IMG/VR virus record: IMGVR_UViG_2974518066_000001
Span: 66,139 to 130,138 of that record
Length of the DNA: 64,000 nt
Direction: 5' to 3' (one strand)
Source: a virus
Taxonomy: Duplodnaviria > Caudoviricetes
The first letter of the stretch is position 1, and each line of letters opens with the position of its first letter. The notes below the pieces were generated by a model that was given only the letters and a program-made list of their open reading frames with translations, ran no database searches and was not told the DNA's origin. Below are positions 5,765-15,136 of this stretch, one piece after another. A program made the translations under genes and the position numbers.

Positions 5765-7396
5765 GTGGCAACAATCTTTGCCAAAGACGATCTGATTGTC
5801 GATGCCACCGCCAGCCTGAATGGGCGGGTGGCGGAGATCGGCGGATCATGGGTCTCTGTTTCTGGCACCAGCTCGGGGCTTGGCGGCACGAGCGGGACCA
5901 TGGGCGTGTATCTGAATCAGGGCGCTCGCTCGACCTCTACCACTTCGCCCGGTGTAATCGCTTACTTGTCGGACCCGGCGCCTGCAGATGACATTGTTCT
6001 GTCTTGGAAGTCCGGCTACTTCGGCACTTCCGGCGCTCCGGGTGTGGCCTTCCGTGTCAATGGCACGTCAGGCTACCTACTGCAGCTCGCGCAGACTTTC
6101 ATCGTCCTCTACAAGACTGTTGCCGGTTCGCGGAAGACGGTCATCCAGCAGACGGGATTGTCGCCTCTCAGTCCCACCAACGCTTTTCACGACTACGAAT
6201 TGCATGTGAAGGGTGGCCGTCTCAGCCTTTATAAAGACGGCGCCCTTTTCTGGGAATATGAGGACGCAGACGCGCCACTTCTGACGGCGGGTAACGTCGG
6301 CCTCTTCATTCGCGGCGATGGTCGCACAACAAATTTCCTAGCCTACGTCCCGGACGGCGAAATTGTCGTCGGCTCCCCTGAATCGGCGGGCTCCTCGGAG
6401 GCCGCTTTCGCCGGTGAGAAGTTCGTAGCGGGGTCGATCAGCTCAGCAGGCACGACGCCGACCGCCTACATGCAGTCGGCGACCTACCGCGTCGGCGAGA
6501 TGCGAAACGCTAACGGCGAGTCAAACGCTCGCTTCGACGCTATCGCTCTCATCACTGCCCAGATGTATGCGCTGGCGCAGGCTCCTGAGCCAGACTTCCA
6601 TAGCGTCGGCTTCTCCGCCACGACCGGTGCCATGGATGGCGCAGGGACCACGGTAGCTGCGTTCGTTGGTCGGGCTACCATGTCGGGCGATATGGCTGGT
6701 GCTGGCGTTACCAGTGATGCTATGGTCTCTCGCGCTTTCGGACAGGGCGAGGGCGAGTTCTCGATCGGCAGCGGCGGCACCTCGGCGGCTGCGTTCACCG
6801 CTCAGCGGATCGTCAGCGCTCGGATGCAGTCGGAGCCAAAATACGACGGCGACTCCTTCAAGTTTGTCGGCGGGCGCACGATCGAGGCTTCGTTCCTTTC
6901 GGAAGGCTCCAGCACCGCAGGCTTCACCGGTTACGTCGCAGTGCGGATCGAGGCCGCTGGCTCCTCGACTGCCTCGTTCGCTCCCACTGATGTCACGATC
7001 CCGGCGACCTTCTCGGCTGTCGGTTCGTCAGTCGGCGCTCTCAAGGAGCTGGAGTTCGCGGTAACGCGCTTCGGGCAGGTAGGCGCCCTCGGCTTCGGTC
7101 GCATGGTGGGCGTATCTGTCACCGGCGGCGCCATGAAGTCGCAGGGTGCTTCGATCATGTCGGGCTGGGCAGGGGCGACGATCTTCTCTAGCGAGATGGG
7201 GGCGGAAGGCTCCATGCGTGGTCGCATGGTCTCGCTCTCGTTCAGCAGCAACATCCCCACACCGGACGATCGCGTCTCCTTCCTCCCGGCCGAGGATCGA
7301 ACCGCTGTCCTTGAGGTCGAAGATCGGGAAGTGCTTCTCCCGGTTGAAGACCGCGAAATCCTCCTCCCGGCCGAAGATCGGATTGCATACCTATGA
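5765..7396 (+). CDS. tail fibre/head decoration-like protein with lectin-like N-terminal domain
   Basis: 543 aa, G/S/A-rich repeats, C-terminal (L)PxEDR repeats, structural gene context. Confidence 0.6.
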   Translation: MATIFAKDDLIVDATASLNGRVAEIGGSWVSVSGTSSGLGGTSGTMGVYLNQGARSTSTTSPGVIAYLSDPAPADDIVLSWKSGYFGTSGAPGVAFRVNGTSGYLLQLAQTFIVLYKTVAGSRKTVIQQTGLSPLSPTNAFHDYELHVKGGRLSLYKDGALFWEYEDADAPLLTAGNVGLFIRGDGRTTNFLAYVPDGEIVVGSPESAGSSEAAFAGEKFVAGSISSAGTTPTAYMQSATYRVGEMRNANGESNARFDAIALITAQMYALAQAPEPDFHSVGFSATTGAMDGAGTTVAAFVGRATMSGDMAGAGVTSDAMVSRAFGQGEGEFSIGSGGTSAAAFTAQRIVSARMQSEPKYDGDSFKFVGGRTIEASFLSEGSSTAGFTGYVAVRIEAAGSSTASFAPTDVTIPATFSAVGSSVGALKELEFAVTRFGQVGALGFGRMVGVSVTGGAMKSQGASIMSGWAGATIFSSEMGAEGSMRGRMVSLSFSSNIPTPDDRVSFLPAEDRTAVLEVEDREVLLPVEDREILLPAEDRIAYL

Positions 7397-7677
7397 GCAT
7401 GAAATGGAAGACCCCGAAGGACCCGGATGAAATCCTCGACTATGTGGTCGATTATTCCAGTCGCATGGTTCCCGGCGACCGCATCGCCTCGATCATGGAG
7501 GTGTCTGTCGTCGATGGCTCCGTCCATATCGACAGCTATTCCTTCACCGACAATCGCCTGACGGTCTGGCTGTCTGGCGGCACGGAAGGGGAGGCATGTC
7601 CGATCCTGTTTCGTGTCACCACGGAAGGCGGGCGCTTGCTCGACCAGACTGTCACCGTGAAGATCAAAACGAAATAA
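7393..7677 (+). CDS. phage fibre-tail adaptor-like protein
   Basis: KDPDEILDY..VWLSGG..TTEGGR motif. Confidence 0.7.
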   Translation: MSMKWKTPKDPDEILDYVVDYSSRMVPGDRIASIMEVSVVDGSVHIDSYSFTDNRLTVWLSGGTEGEACPILFRVTTEGGRLLDQTVTVKIKTK

Positions 7678-7732
7678 TTTTGGCTGCGATGACAGAATCA
7701 GTTGACATATGAATCATTCGGGTCTAGTGATC

Positions 7733-8035
7733 CTGTCATCGAGACGGCGATGCGGAGGGGCCTCCTCCACGGAGACGCTGAGGCACTGGACTACAAAGCC
7801 GGTGGCGTTTCTACCGTTCGAGACTGAGCCCGCGCTTACAGCGATGGGTCTATCGAGGCTTCGGCCGCTGAGCCAGCGTAGCAGATCAGCGGTCACCAAC
7901 ACTCGCAATGCGAGACCTCTTGCATAAGCGCCCGGCCTGAATCGTCGGTAGCGGGATGTGGCTCAACACTAGGGCGGCGAAGCTGGGAGTAGTGCCCCGG
8001 CGAGCTTCGAGGTTTCACATTGCCAGTGATGGCTA
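7733..8035 (+). ncRNA. unassigned structured RNA
   Basis: downstream of TTGACA promoter at 7702; dense hairpins, no credible ORF. Confidence 0.45.
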
Positions 8036-8036
8036 A

Positions 8037-8165
8037 GATCAGGTCGGTTGCCCGAGTGGTTTAAGGGTGATCGATGCAAGACTGGATGGGATCGGAGGCA
8101 ACGGCTCCGCACCACATGACGGTAAACCGTCCAGCCGAGGGTTCGACTCCCTCACCGGTCTGATC
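8037..8165 (+). ncRNA. tRNA-like element with expanded anticodon/variable region
   Basis: canonical D-arm and T-arm GGTTCGACTCC, 12-bp extended acceptor, no CCA. Confidence 0.6.
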
Positions 8166-8176
8166 GATTACGAGGT

Positions 8177-9056
8177 TGGCCCGCCGTGCCGTTATCGTCC
8201 GCGCTTCTTAGCGCGGGGCGCCGGGCCACATTTTTAGAAAGGAAGTTGTTGGATACGGAACTTGCCTACCTTGCTGGGTTTCTTGACGGAGAAGGCACGA
8301 TAGGTTTGTTCAAGACTTCTGGTGCCAATGCGTTCAAGGTGCCGTGTATTTCGGTGTCCAGCACGGATAGGTATCTTCTGGATGCTTACGTCCATCGTTT
8401 CGGTGGACACATCCAGACCAAGGCGAGCAAACGGCCTGAAAATCATCGGCAAGCCTATGAATATCGCTTGCGTGGTCCTAAGGCTATTTGCGCGATTTCG
8501 GAGTTGTTTCCGTATTTACGCCACCACGTCAAGCGCGCCAGAGCGACGATGATCTTGGAGCACTTCACCAAGATCACTAAGCGCAACGGGAAATACACCG
8601 AAGCTGAGCGCGCTATAAAGATAAGGTGGGAAGAGTTATTTCTCAGCTTGTCATCGCGAGGTGGCGATGCTTGGACAAGGGATTACCAGCAGTTCGCTGT
8701 TGGTGATGATGATCGTAATTCGGACGATTGAGGACGCGCACGGACCGGGGAGCGTTACCCCGCACCTCCACCATTGCTGCTGAGCGCGAGGCTCAGAACT
8801 TCGGAGACACGGCGGTATCCAACCCGCAGGGCCTCAGTAGCATTGATGGGGGTGAAGTAGGATCGACGTGCAAGGCTGAGAGAAGGACGCGATCGGTTTG
8901 GGTGCTGCCCCTTATGCGGTGCCAAGGCTTTAACTGCCAACGACAATGATGTTGTCACTGCGGAAGTGCGCCTCGCGGCGTAACCCGAGAAATTCCTGAG
9001 CCTTCAACAAGCTCAGGTGCGGACTGGCCCACCGAGCAACAGGACGGGCCACATTT
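8177..9056 (+). ncRNA. ssrA: permuted two-piece tmRNA (acceptor piece 8177-8773 interrupted by HEG; coding piece from 8848), tag ANDNDVVTAEVRLAA
   Basis: CACCTCCACCA 3' end lies before GGGGGTG 5' end, G3:U70, TAACT-GCC-AAC-GAC resume site, tag ends LAA. Confidence 0.9.
8186..8731 (+). CDS. LAGLIDADG homing endonuclease (likely start TTG near 8246)
   Basis: LAYLAGFLDGEG motif; AAGGAAG RBS; lower GC than flanks. Confidence 0.88.
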   Translation: MPLSSALLSAGRRATFLERKLLDTELAYLAGFLDGEGTIGLFKTSGANAFKVPCISVSSTDRYLLDAYVHRFGGHIQTKASKRPENHRQAYEYRLRGPKAICAISELFPYLRHHVKRARATMILEHFTKITKRNGKYTEAERAIKIRWEELFLSLSSRGGDAWTRDYQQFAVGDDDRNSDD

Positions 9057-9286
9057 GAGGCAGGGGCCGATCACAACCTCCCCTGACCGCTCGCTGTGTC
9101 CCCGCGCAGCCGTGATCGGTCTCTTCCTCAACTGTGACAAATTTAGGTGAGGAGCCGTGGCTGCAATCGCGGTGTTTTGCAGGACCGACCGACACAACTG
9201 GACAGTCCTCACCTGATCATCTCTGCAGGGTTTCCCGTTCCCTGCATGACAGCCGGGCGACCCATGTCTCCCCCGAAAGCCCGGCG

Positions 9287-9328
9287 AGGCCCGCGACCAA
9301 AATCATCGGTCGCGGGCCTTTCTGTTTG
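9287..9328 (+). terminator. intrinsic terminator
   Basis: AGGCCCGCGACC/GGTCGCGGGCCT plus T-rich tail. Confidence 0.75.
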
Positions 9329-9433
9329 TCGGATGGTTATTAAAACTTGACTTTCAACGGTTCGAGAGTTAGTCAGGCGGACCAAATCTGAATCGGCGAC
9401 CCAAGCCGAAATCCCTCATTCTCTAAGGTATCC

Positions 9434-12400
9434 ATGGCAACATACACGAAAGCCCTCGCCGAGCTGTTCGACGGGGTAGGGGGCACGGTCGTCCTCCACG
9501 ACGCCGATGGCGCGACTTACGCCGAGACCGATCTGGCGGAGCTGGCGAGCATCGCCGACGAGCTGATTGCCGGTGACCTCGACCCGTGGGTTGATCTGGT
9601 GACCGCCGAAGGCACTGCTATCGGCTTGTTCGTTCCCGGCGACGCCACCGCCGTGAGCCCGCCGCCCAGCGCGATCGTGGATGGTGGCATGGTCTACCTG
9701 TTCAATGAACCGGTCGAAGGTCAGAAGCCGGGCGTGAACCTTTGCCCGCTCGACCTCATCGAAGGCGCCGTGACATATGATCCGACCCGCTTGGAGCTGT
9801 CCACCGACGCCTCCAAGCGTTCGATCACTCTGGGGCAGGGCCGCCGAAGTGATGAAAAGCAGGGCAAGTGGAAGGAGATCACTTCCACCTTCGGCGCGTT
9901 CACCGATTTCCTGCGCCAGCACAATGAAGGCCAGAAGGATGGTCCATGCTTCCTGCAAGGCGCCACGGCTGGTGGCACCCGTAAGGCGGCGGCGATTATC
10001 GGCAACGATGTGCTCGGCGTCGATCTCGATTCCGGTGCGCCCCTGAGTGACGTGATCGACACAATCGTCCGCCATCGGCTGGAGGCTGTGATCTACACGA
10101 CCCACAGCCATCTCAAGGACACCAGCGTCATCAAGCGCGACCATTATTTCAAGTGGTCTGGCGAGCTTGTCGCAACGACCGAAGGCGTCGCGGATTACCT
10201 GCAGCAGGTGAAGGGCGTCCTCCCCCACATCGTCGAGGACGTGGAAATCGTCAACGAGAGCCACCATACCGAAGATGGTATCGTGATCCTCGTGAAGCAC
10301 CGGCCGATGCCAAAATTCCGCGCCGTGTTTCCGCTCAAGGAGACTTTCGTGTTCTCCAAGCGCGGCGGCACCCAGCAGGACGCCATCGCGGAGTGGAAGG
10401 AACGATACGCTGGCTTCTGCACCGAGCTGGGTCTGTTCTTCGACGAGAAGTGCGTCGATCCGGCGCGCCTGTTCTATTTCCCTCGGCACGCCAAGGGCGA
10501 CACCAGCTTTGGCTCGTGGCACGTCGTGGGCGGCGCTCTGGACCTCGACGACTACGACCGTGTGAAGATGAAGCGCGGCCGGGATGGTAAGCGCCGGGCC
10601 GTGTCGAGCAATGCCTTCACGGCGGCTGGCGGCGGCGAGGAAGAGGACGATCGGGAGCGCTACGTCACCGACGATGGCTTCCACCTGCGTCCGTGGGCGG
10701 CGAAGTTCGCCAACCGCTTCGAGGTCGAGATGATGCTGGAGACGGTGGTCGGCGACGACTTCATGCGAGACCCGCGCACCGGCGGTAAGCCCGGCACGCA
10801 CGTCGAGTGCCCCTTCGAGGCGGAGCACACCAGCTTCGGCGGCGGCGGCACCTATGTCGTCAACGCCTCCGACAATATGGATGACGGCTTCGACGGCGGC
10901 TTCACCTTCCACTGTGTTCACAACGCCTGTTCAGGTCGTGACCGGCTCGACTACCTGTGCGAGTTGATCAATCAGGGTGTGATCTCGTCGAAGGACCTGC
11001 AGAACAAGGAGTTCATGGTCGCGCTGGAAGGCGACGACGATGATGAAGATGAAGTCGAGGCGGAAGCCGACGATCGCCGGGTGAATGCCGCAGCGGCCAA
11101 GGCCGGGCTGTCCGGGACGTTCGCAGGTGTTCGTGGCCAGTCCAAGAAGCCTTCGATGGAGGGCATGACCGAGGACGAAATTCTCCTCTGGGAGATGAAC
11201 GATCGCTATGCGGTGATCCGCACCAGCGGCGGCGTCAAGATTCTTGTCGAGCCCCGCACCGCTGATGGCGATGTCTCATTCGAGAGCCAGAACGACGTTG
11301 CCCTGTTCGAGAAGAACAACGTGCTGTGGATGGGCGACGGCAAGAAGGGCAAGCAGAAGATCGAGGTCTTCAAGCTGTGGCTCGAATGGGAGCACCGCCG
11401 CACCTACGTCGATGTCGTCTTCGAGCCGGGCCGGGAGACTGAGGAGCATACCTACAATCTCTTCCGTGGCTGGCCCTACAGCCCGAAGGAGACGTTCTGG
11501 GAGCAGGTCACCGATAACAAGGACAAGCCCGTGCCCGGCGACTGGTCCATGCTTCGTGGTCACATCTACGAGAACATCTGCGAGTCCAACGACGAAATGT
11601 TCGGGTGGTTGATGACGTGGCTGGCCCACCTGTTCCAGCACCCCGACCAAAAGCCGGGCTCCACCGTCGTCGTCACCGGCAAGAAGGGCACCGGCAAGTC
11701 CACGCTCTTCGACTATGTGAACAAGGCTCTGGGGCGCTGCGGGATCACTGTGTCGCAGCGTAAGCAGATCGTCGGCCAGTTCAATGGTCACCTTGCTACG
11801 ACGCTCCTGATGGTCTGCGAAGAAGCCTTCTGGGCAGCGGACCCGCAGGCGGAAGGCGTGCTCAAGGACATGATCACCAACAAGTCGATGTTGATCGAAA
11901 AGAAGGGCTACGACCCGATCCAGTCGAACAACTACACCCGGCTTGCCCTGATCTCGAACAACGAGTGGGTCGTTCCCGCCTCCCTCAAAGACGAGCGTCG
12001 CTTCTTTGTTCTGCGATGCTCCGATGCACGTCAGGGTGACCTTGCTTTCTTCGGCGCCCTCCGTGAACAGATGGAGAAGCTGGGAGGTATCGAGGCCATG
12101 ATGTATGACCTCATGACTTGGGAGCCGACGAACGGTCACTTCTCCTCGCTCTACACGCCGCCGGTGACGCAGTATCTGCAGCAGCAGCAGGTCGAATCTC
12201 TTTCGGGTGTCCAGAAGTTCATGCTTGAACTGGTCAAATCGGGTATCTACGAGACCCATGACGACAAGGTAGAGGCGATCGAACTCAACACCGACAAGGA
12301 GACCATGGTCACGGCGGTGGATATGCGAGCGGCGATCGAAGATTACACCCGCTTCCGGTTTGCTTCCGACAAGGCCAAGACTTCCTATGACGACATTTCG

Positions 12401-12583
12401 TCTGTCGTCATCGACTGGTTCGGCGCCCGCGAGGTGAAGATGCAACTGGAGGGTTCGACCAACCGGAAGCGCATGTTCATCTTCCCGCCGCTGGCGGAAA
12501 CGCGCGCCACCCTCAAGGAGAAGAAGGGGCTCGATATTGAGGCCATGACCGAGGAAACGGTCAAGAACCTCAAATCGCGGTAA
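9434..12583 (+). CDS. primase-helicase fusion (AEP/PrimPol-like N-part, Zn-binding module, SF3/DUF5906 helicase)
   Basis: DLD and YTTHSH primase motifs, CPFEAEH..HCVHNAC, Walker A GKKGTGKS, EKKG motif. Confidence 0.85.
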   Translation: MATYTKALAELFDGVGGTVVLHDADGATYAETDLAELASIADELIAGDLDPWVDLVTAEGTAIGLFVPGDATAVSPPPSAIVDGGMVYLFNEPVEGQKPGVNLCPLDLIEGAVTYDPTRLELSTDASKRSITLGQGRRSDEKQGKWKEITSTFGAFTDFLRQHNEGQKDGPCFLQGATAGGTRKAAAIIGNDVLGVDLDSGAPLSDVIDTIVRHRLEAVIYTTHSHLKDTSVIKRDHYFKWSGELVATTEGVADYLQQVKGVLPHIVEDVEIVNESHHTEDGIVILVKHRPMPKFRAVFPLKETFVFSKRGGTQQDAIAEWKERYAGFCTELGLFFDEKCVDPARLFYFPRHAKGDTSFGSWHVVGGALDLDDYDRVKMKRGRDGKRRAVSSNAFTAAGGGEEEDDRERYVTDDGFHLRPWAAKFANRFEVEMMLETVVGDDFMRDPRTGGKPGTHVECPFEAEHTSFGGGGTYVVNASDNMDDGFDGGFTFHCVHNACSGRDRLDYLCELINQGVISSKDLQNKEFMVALEGDDDDEDEVEAEADDRRVNAAAAKAGLSGTFAGVRGQSKKPSMEGMTEDEILLWEMNDRYAVIRTSGGVKILVEPRTADGDVSFESQNDVALFEKNNVLWMGDGKKGKQKIEVFKLWLEWEHRRTYVDVVFEPGRETEEHTYNLFRGWPYSPKETFWEQVTDNKDKPVPGDWSMLRGHIYENICESNDEMFGWLMTWLAHLFQHPDQKPGSTVVVTGKKGTGKSTLFDYVNKALGRCGITVSQRKQIVGQFNGHLATTLLMVCEEAFWAADPQAEGVLKDMITNKSMLIEKKGYDPIQSNNYTRLALISNNEWVVPASLKDERRFFVLRCSDARQGDLAFFGALREQMEKLGGIEAMMYDLMTWEPTNGHFSSLYTPPVTQYLQQQQVESLSGVQKFMLELVKSGIYETHDDKVEAIELNTDKETMVTAVDMRAAIEDYTRFRFASDKAKTSYDDISSVVIDWFGAREVKMQLEGSTNRKRMFIFPPLAETRATLKEKKGLDIEAMTEETVKNLKSR

Positions 12584-12795
12584 CCTACTGGAGTCGAATG
12601 AGGACTCCGGATAACAAAAGAATCATTGACGGACAGTTTCACTAACCCTATCACCTCCCTGCCAGCTAACCGAATCCTCGGAAACGCCAGCAGGGAGGTT
12701 TTTCATGAACTAATACGATACCGAAACGATGCCGACTACGAAAGAGTTTTGGCCGCCTGACGCTTTCTGTCAGGCGGCACCCTAAAGGGAGAATC

Positions 12796-13320
12796 ATGAG
12801 CAACTGGAATGACACTTTCTGGCTCGAAATGGCGCAGAACTATGCCAAGGGCAGCAAGGACCCTTCCACCAAGGTTGGGTGTGTCATAGTGCGTCCAGAT
12901 CGGACGCCGTGCTCGTGGGGCACCAATGGTTTCCCGCAGGGGATTGCAGACACGCCGAACCGTCTGAATGACCGTCAGACGAAATATGATCTGACGATCC
13001 ATGCCGAGTTGAACGCGCTGTTGTTCGCCCCTGAGCGGGTCGTCGGCTACACGCTTTATTCGACGTTCGCGCCGTGCATTCGTTGCGCCGTCAACATTAT
13101 CCAAGCCAAGATTTCCCGTGTTGTGTTCACGGCCAGCGCGAACCCGCGATGGCAGGATGAACAAGCTCGGTCGGTCCTTTTGATGGTGGAAGCTGGTCTG
13201 GACGTGCTGATTTACAGCCCTGACGGCGAGCTTGTCGATCACCTCAGCCACAAACACCTCCCGCCTGCAAGCGAGCCGAGCATTCTAGGTGGCTTCGGCG
13301 GGCGCGGCCCCATTCTCTGA
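12796..13320 (+). CDS. dCMP deaminase
   Basis: SKDPSTKVG, HAELNA, PCIRC motifs. Confidence 0.93.
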   Translation: MSNWNDTFWLEMAQNYAKGSKDPSTKVGCVIVRPDRTPCSWGTNGFPQGIADTPNRLNDRQTKYDLTIHAELNALLFAPERVVGYTLYSTFAPCIRCAVNIIQAKISRVVFTASANPRWQDEQARSVLLMVEAGLDVLIYSPDGELVDHLSHKHLPPASEPSILGGFGGRGPIL

Positions 13321-13342
13321 CAGAACAGAAAAGGAGACAATC

Positions 13343-14647
13343 ATGAAGATCGAGATGGTCCCGCACGACCACGGACGCGGCCTGATCAAGATGTGGGAGC
13401 CCGAGGGTTACCCCTTCGAGGCCGAGGCAATGGCGCAGCTCCGCAACCTGTCGAAGATGCCGTTCGTCCACAAGCATGTCGCTGCGATGCCTGACGCCCA
13501 CATGGGCAAGGGCGCCTGCGTCGGCACTGTCATCGCCACCAAGGGCGTGATCATTCCGGCTGCGGTCGGCGTGGACATCGGTTGCGGGATGATGGCACTG
13601 CGGACCAACCTGACCGCCAGCATGTTGCCTGACAGTCTGTCGCATATTCGCGGAATGATCGAGGCGGCGGTGCCCCATGGCCGCACCGACAACGGCGGCA
13701 AGAACGATCGCGGGGCGTGGGGCGAGACCCCGAAGAGCTTCTTCGATCGCTGGAACTATCTGTCGAGCGGCTATGCCAAGCTGGTCGAGAAGCATCCAAA
13801 GATCAACCATTGGGCCGTCGATCGGCATCTCGGCACTCTCGGGACTGGTAACCACTTCATTGAACTGTGCCTCGACGAAGACCAGTTCGTGTGGGTGATG
13901 TTGCACTCGGGCTCGCGAGGCGTCGGCAACAAGATCGGCACCTACTTCATCGAAGCGGCCAAGCGCGAGATGGAGCGGTATCACATCGACCGCTTCTTGC
14001 CGGATCAGGACCTTTCCTATCTGGTCGAGCATACCGAGGTCTACGACGATTATGTCGAGGCCGTCGAGTGGGCGCAGGAATATGCGATGGAGAACCGCAA
14101 GGCGATGATGGGCGCGGTCCTCAACGTCATGCACAAGGTGCTTCCGCCGTTCATGGTGACCGAGCAGGCCGTCAATTGCCATCACAACTACGTCACCCGC
14201 GAGCATCATTTCGGCGAGAACGTCTGGGTGACGCGCAAGGGCGCCGTGCAGGCTCGTAAGGGCACCCTCGGCATCATCCCCGGCTCGATGGGCACCGGCA
14301 GCTTCATCGTCGAAGGTCTGGGCAACGCGGACAGCTTCTGTTCGTGCAGCCACGGCGCCGGGCGCGTGATGAGCCGCACTCAGGCCAAGAAGATGATCAC
14401 GATGGAGGAGCACGCGAAGGCGATGGTCGGAATTGAGGCTCGGCTGGACGCAGACATCATCGACGAGAGTCCGGCGGCCTACAAACCGATCGGGGCGGTG
14501 ATGGTCGGAATTGAGGCTCGGCTGGACGCAGACATCATCGACGAGAGTCCGGCGGCCTACAAACCGATCGGGGCGGTGATGGATGCCCAGAGTGATCTCG
14601 TCGAGATCAAGCATCGGCTCCGTCAGGTGCTCAACGTAAAGGGATAA
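13343..14647 (+). CDS. rtcB: RtcB RNA ligase with internal 26-aa tandem duplication
   Basis: MPDAH, VGVDIGCG, GNHF, HSGSRG, HGAGR, DESPAAYK motifs. Confidence 0.95.
   Translation: MKIEMVPHDHGRGLIKMWEPEGYPFEAEAMAQLRNLSKMPFVHKHVAAMPDAHMGKGACVGTVIATKGVIIPAAVGVDIGCGMMALRTNLTASMLPDSLSHIRGMIEAAVPHGRTDNGGKNDRGAWGETPKSFFDRWNYLSSGYAKLVEKHPKINHWAVDRHLGTLGTGNHFIELCLDEDQFVWVMLHSGSRGVGNKIGTYFIEAAKREMERYHIDRFLPDQDLSYLVEHTEVYDDYVEAVEWAQEYAMENRKAMMGAVLNVMHKVLPPFMVTEQAVNCHHNYVTREHHFGENVWVTRKGAVQARKGTLGIIPGSMGTGSFIVEGLGNADSFCSCSHGAGRVMSRTQAKKMITMEEHAKAMVGIEARLDADIIDESPAAYKPIGAVMVGIEARLDADIIDESPAAYKPIGAVMDAQSDLVEIKHRLRQVLNVKG
14422..14582 (+). repeat. perfect 78-bp tandem duplication in rtcB
   Basis: 14422-14499 identical to 14500-14577, GATGG microhomology. 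Confidence 0.95.
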
Positions 14648-14692
14648 AACCGGCTGGTCTGTGACCGGCCAACATAGGAGGAGTGGTCGCAA

Positions 14693-15136
14693 ATGAGCGT
14701 TATTTTGTATAGCGGCTGGTATAGCCCCGAGCTGTGCCAGCGGCATCCCAACAAGGTCTTCGTGTTCGGAGACAATATGCGCGGCTTCGGTAAGGGCGGT
14801 CAGGCCGTGATCCGTGATGAGCCGAACGCTTTTGGCGTCCCGACGAAGCGTCTCCCGTCCATGGTGGATGAGGCGTTCTTCCGGGAGGGCGATAGTGATG
14901 CGCTCGACGCCATCCTCAACGCTCTGGAGGAGCTGTGGGGACGCCTCAAGGATCGCGACACCGTGGTCATCCCGACGACCAAGACCGGAAAGGTCAGCCT
15001 CGGGCTCGAACGAGCCCAGCTAGATACGCTGGCGCCGTCGCTCTACGCGACGATCGCCCAGCACGTCGAAGAGATGGTTGATAGCTACGGAGGCCGCCGT
15101 GCCGAGGATGAAACGGAACTCATCGCCGCCTATTGA
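14693..15136 (+). CDS. conserved phage protein (VFVFGDN..GKGGQA family)
   Basis: GGAGGAG RBS; recognisable phage motif. Confidence 0.75.
   Translation: MSVILYSGWYSPELCQRHPNKVFVFGDNMRGFGKGGQAVIRDEPNAFGVPTKRLPSMVDEAFFREGDSDALDAILNALEELWGRLKDRDTVVIPTTKTGKVSLGLERAQLDTLAPSLYATIAQHVEEMVDSYGGRRAEDETELIAAY

Noticed and set aside
8212-8736. Group I intron around the LAGLIDADG ORF
   Set aside because: Less than about 50 nt lies outside the ORF and no P/Q/R/S core elements were recognised
9416-14746. Long antisense ORFs (9416-10921, 11276-12445, 13244-14746; likewise 25588-28090 and 51792-53234)
   Set aside because: Shadow frames of real high-GC genes with no motifs or RBS
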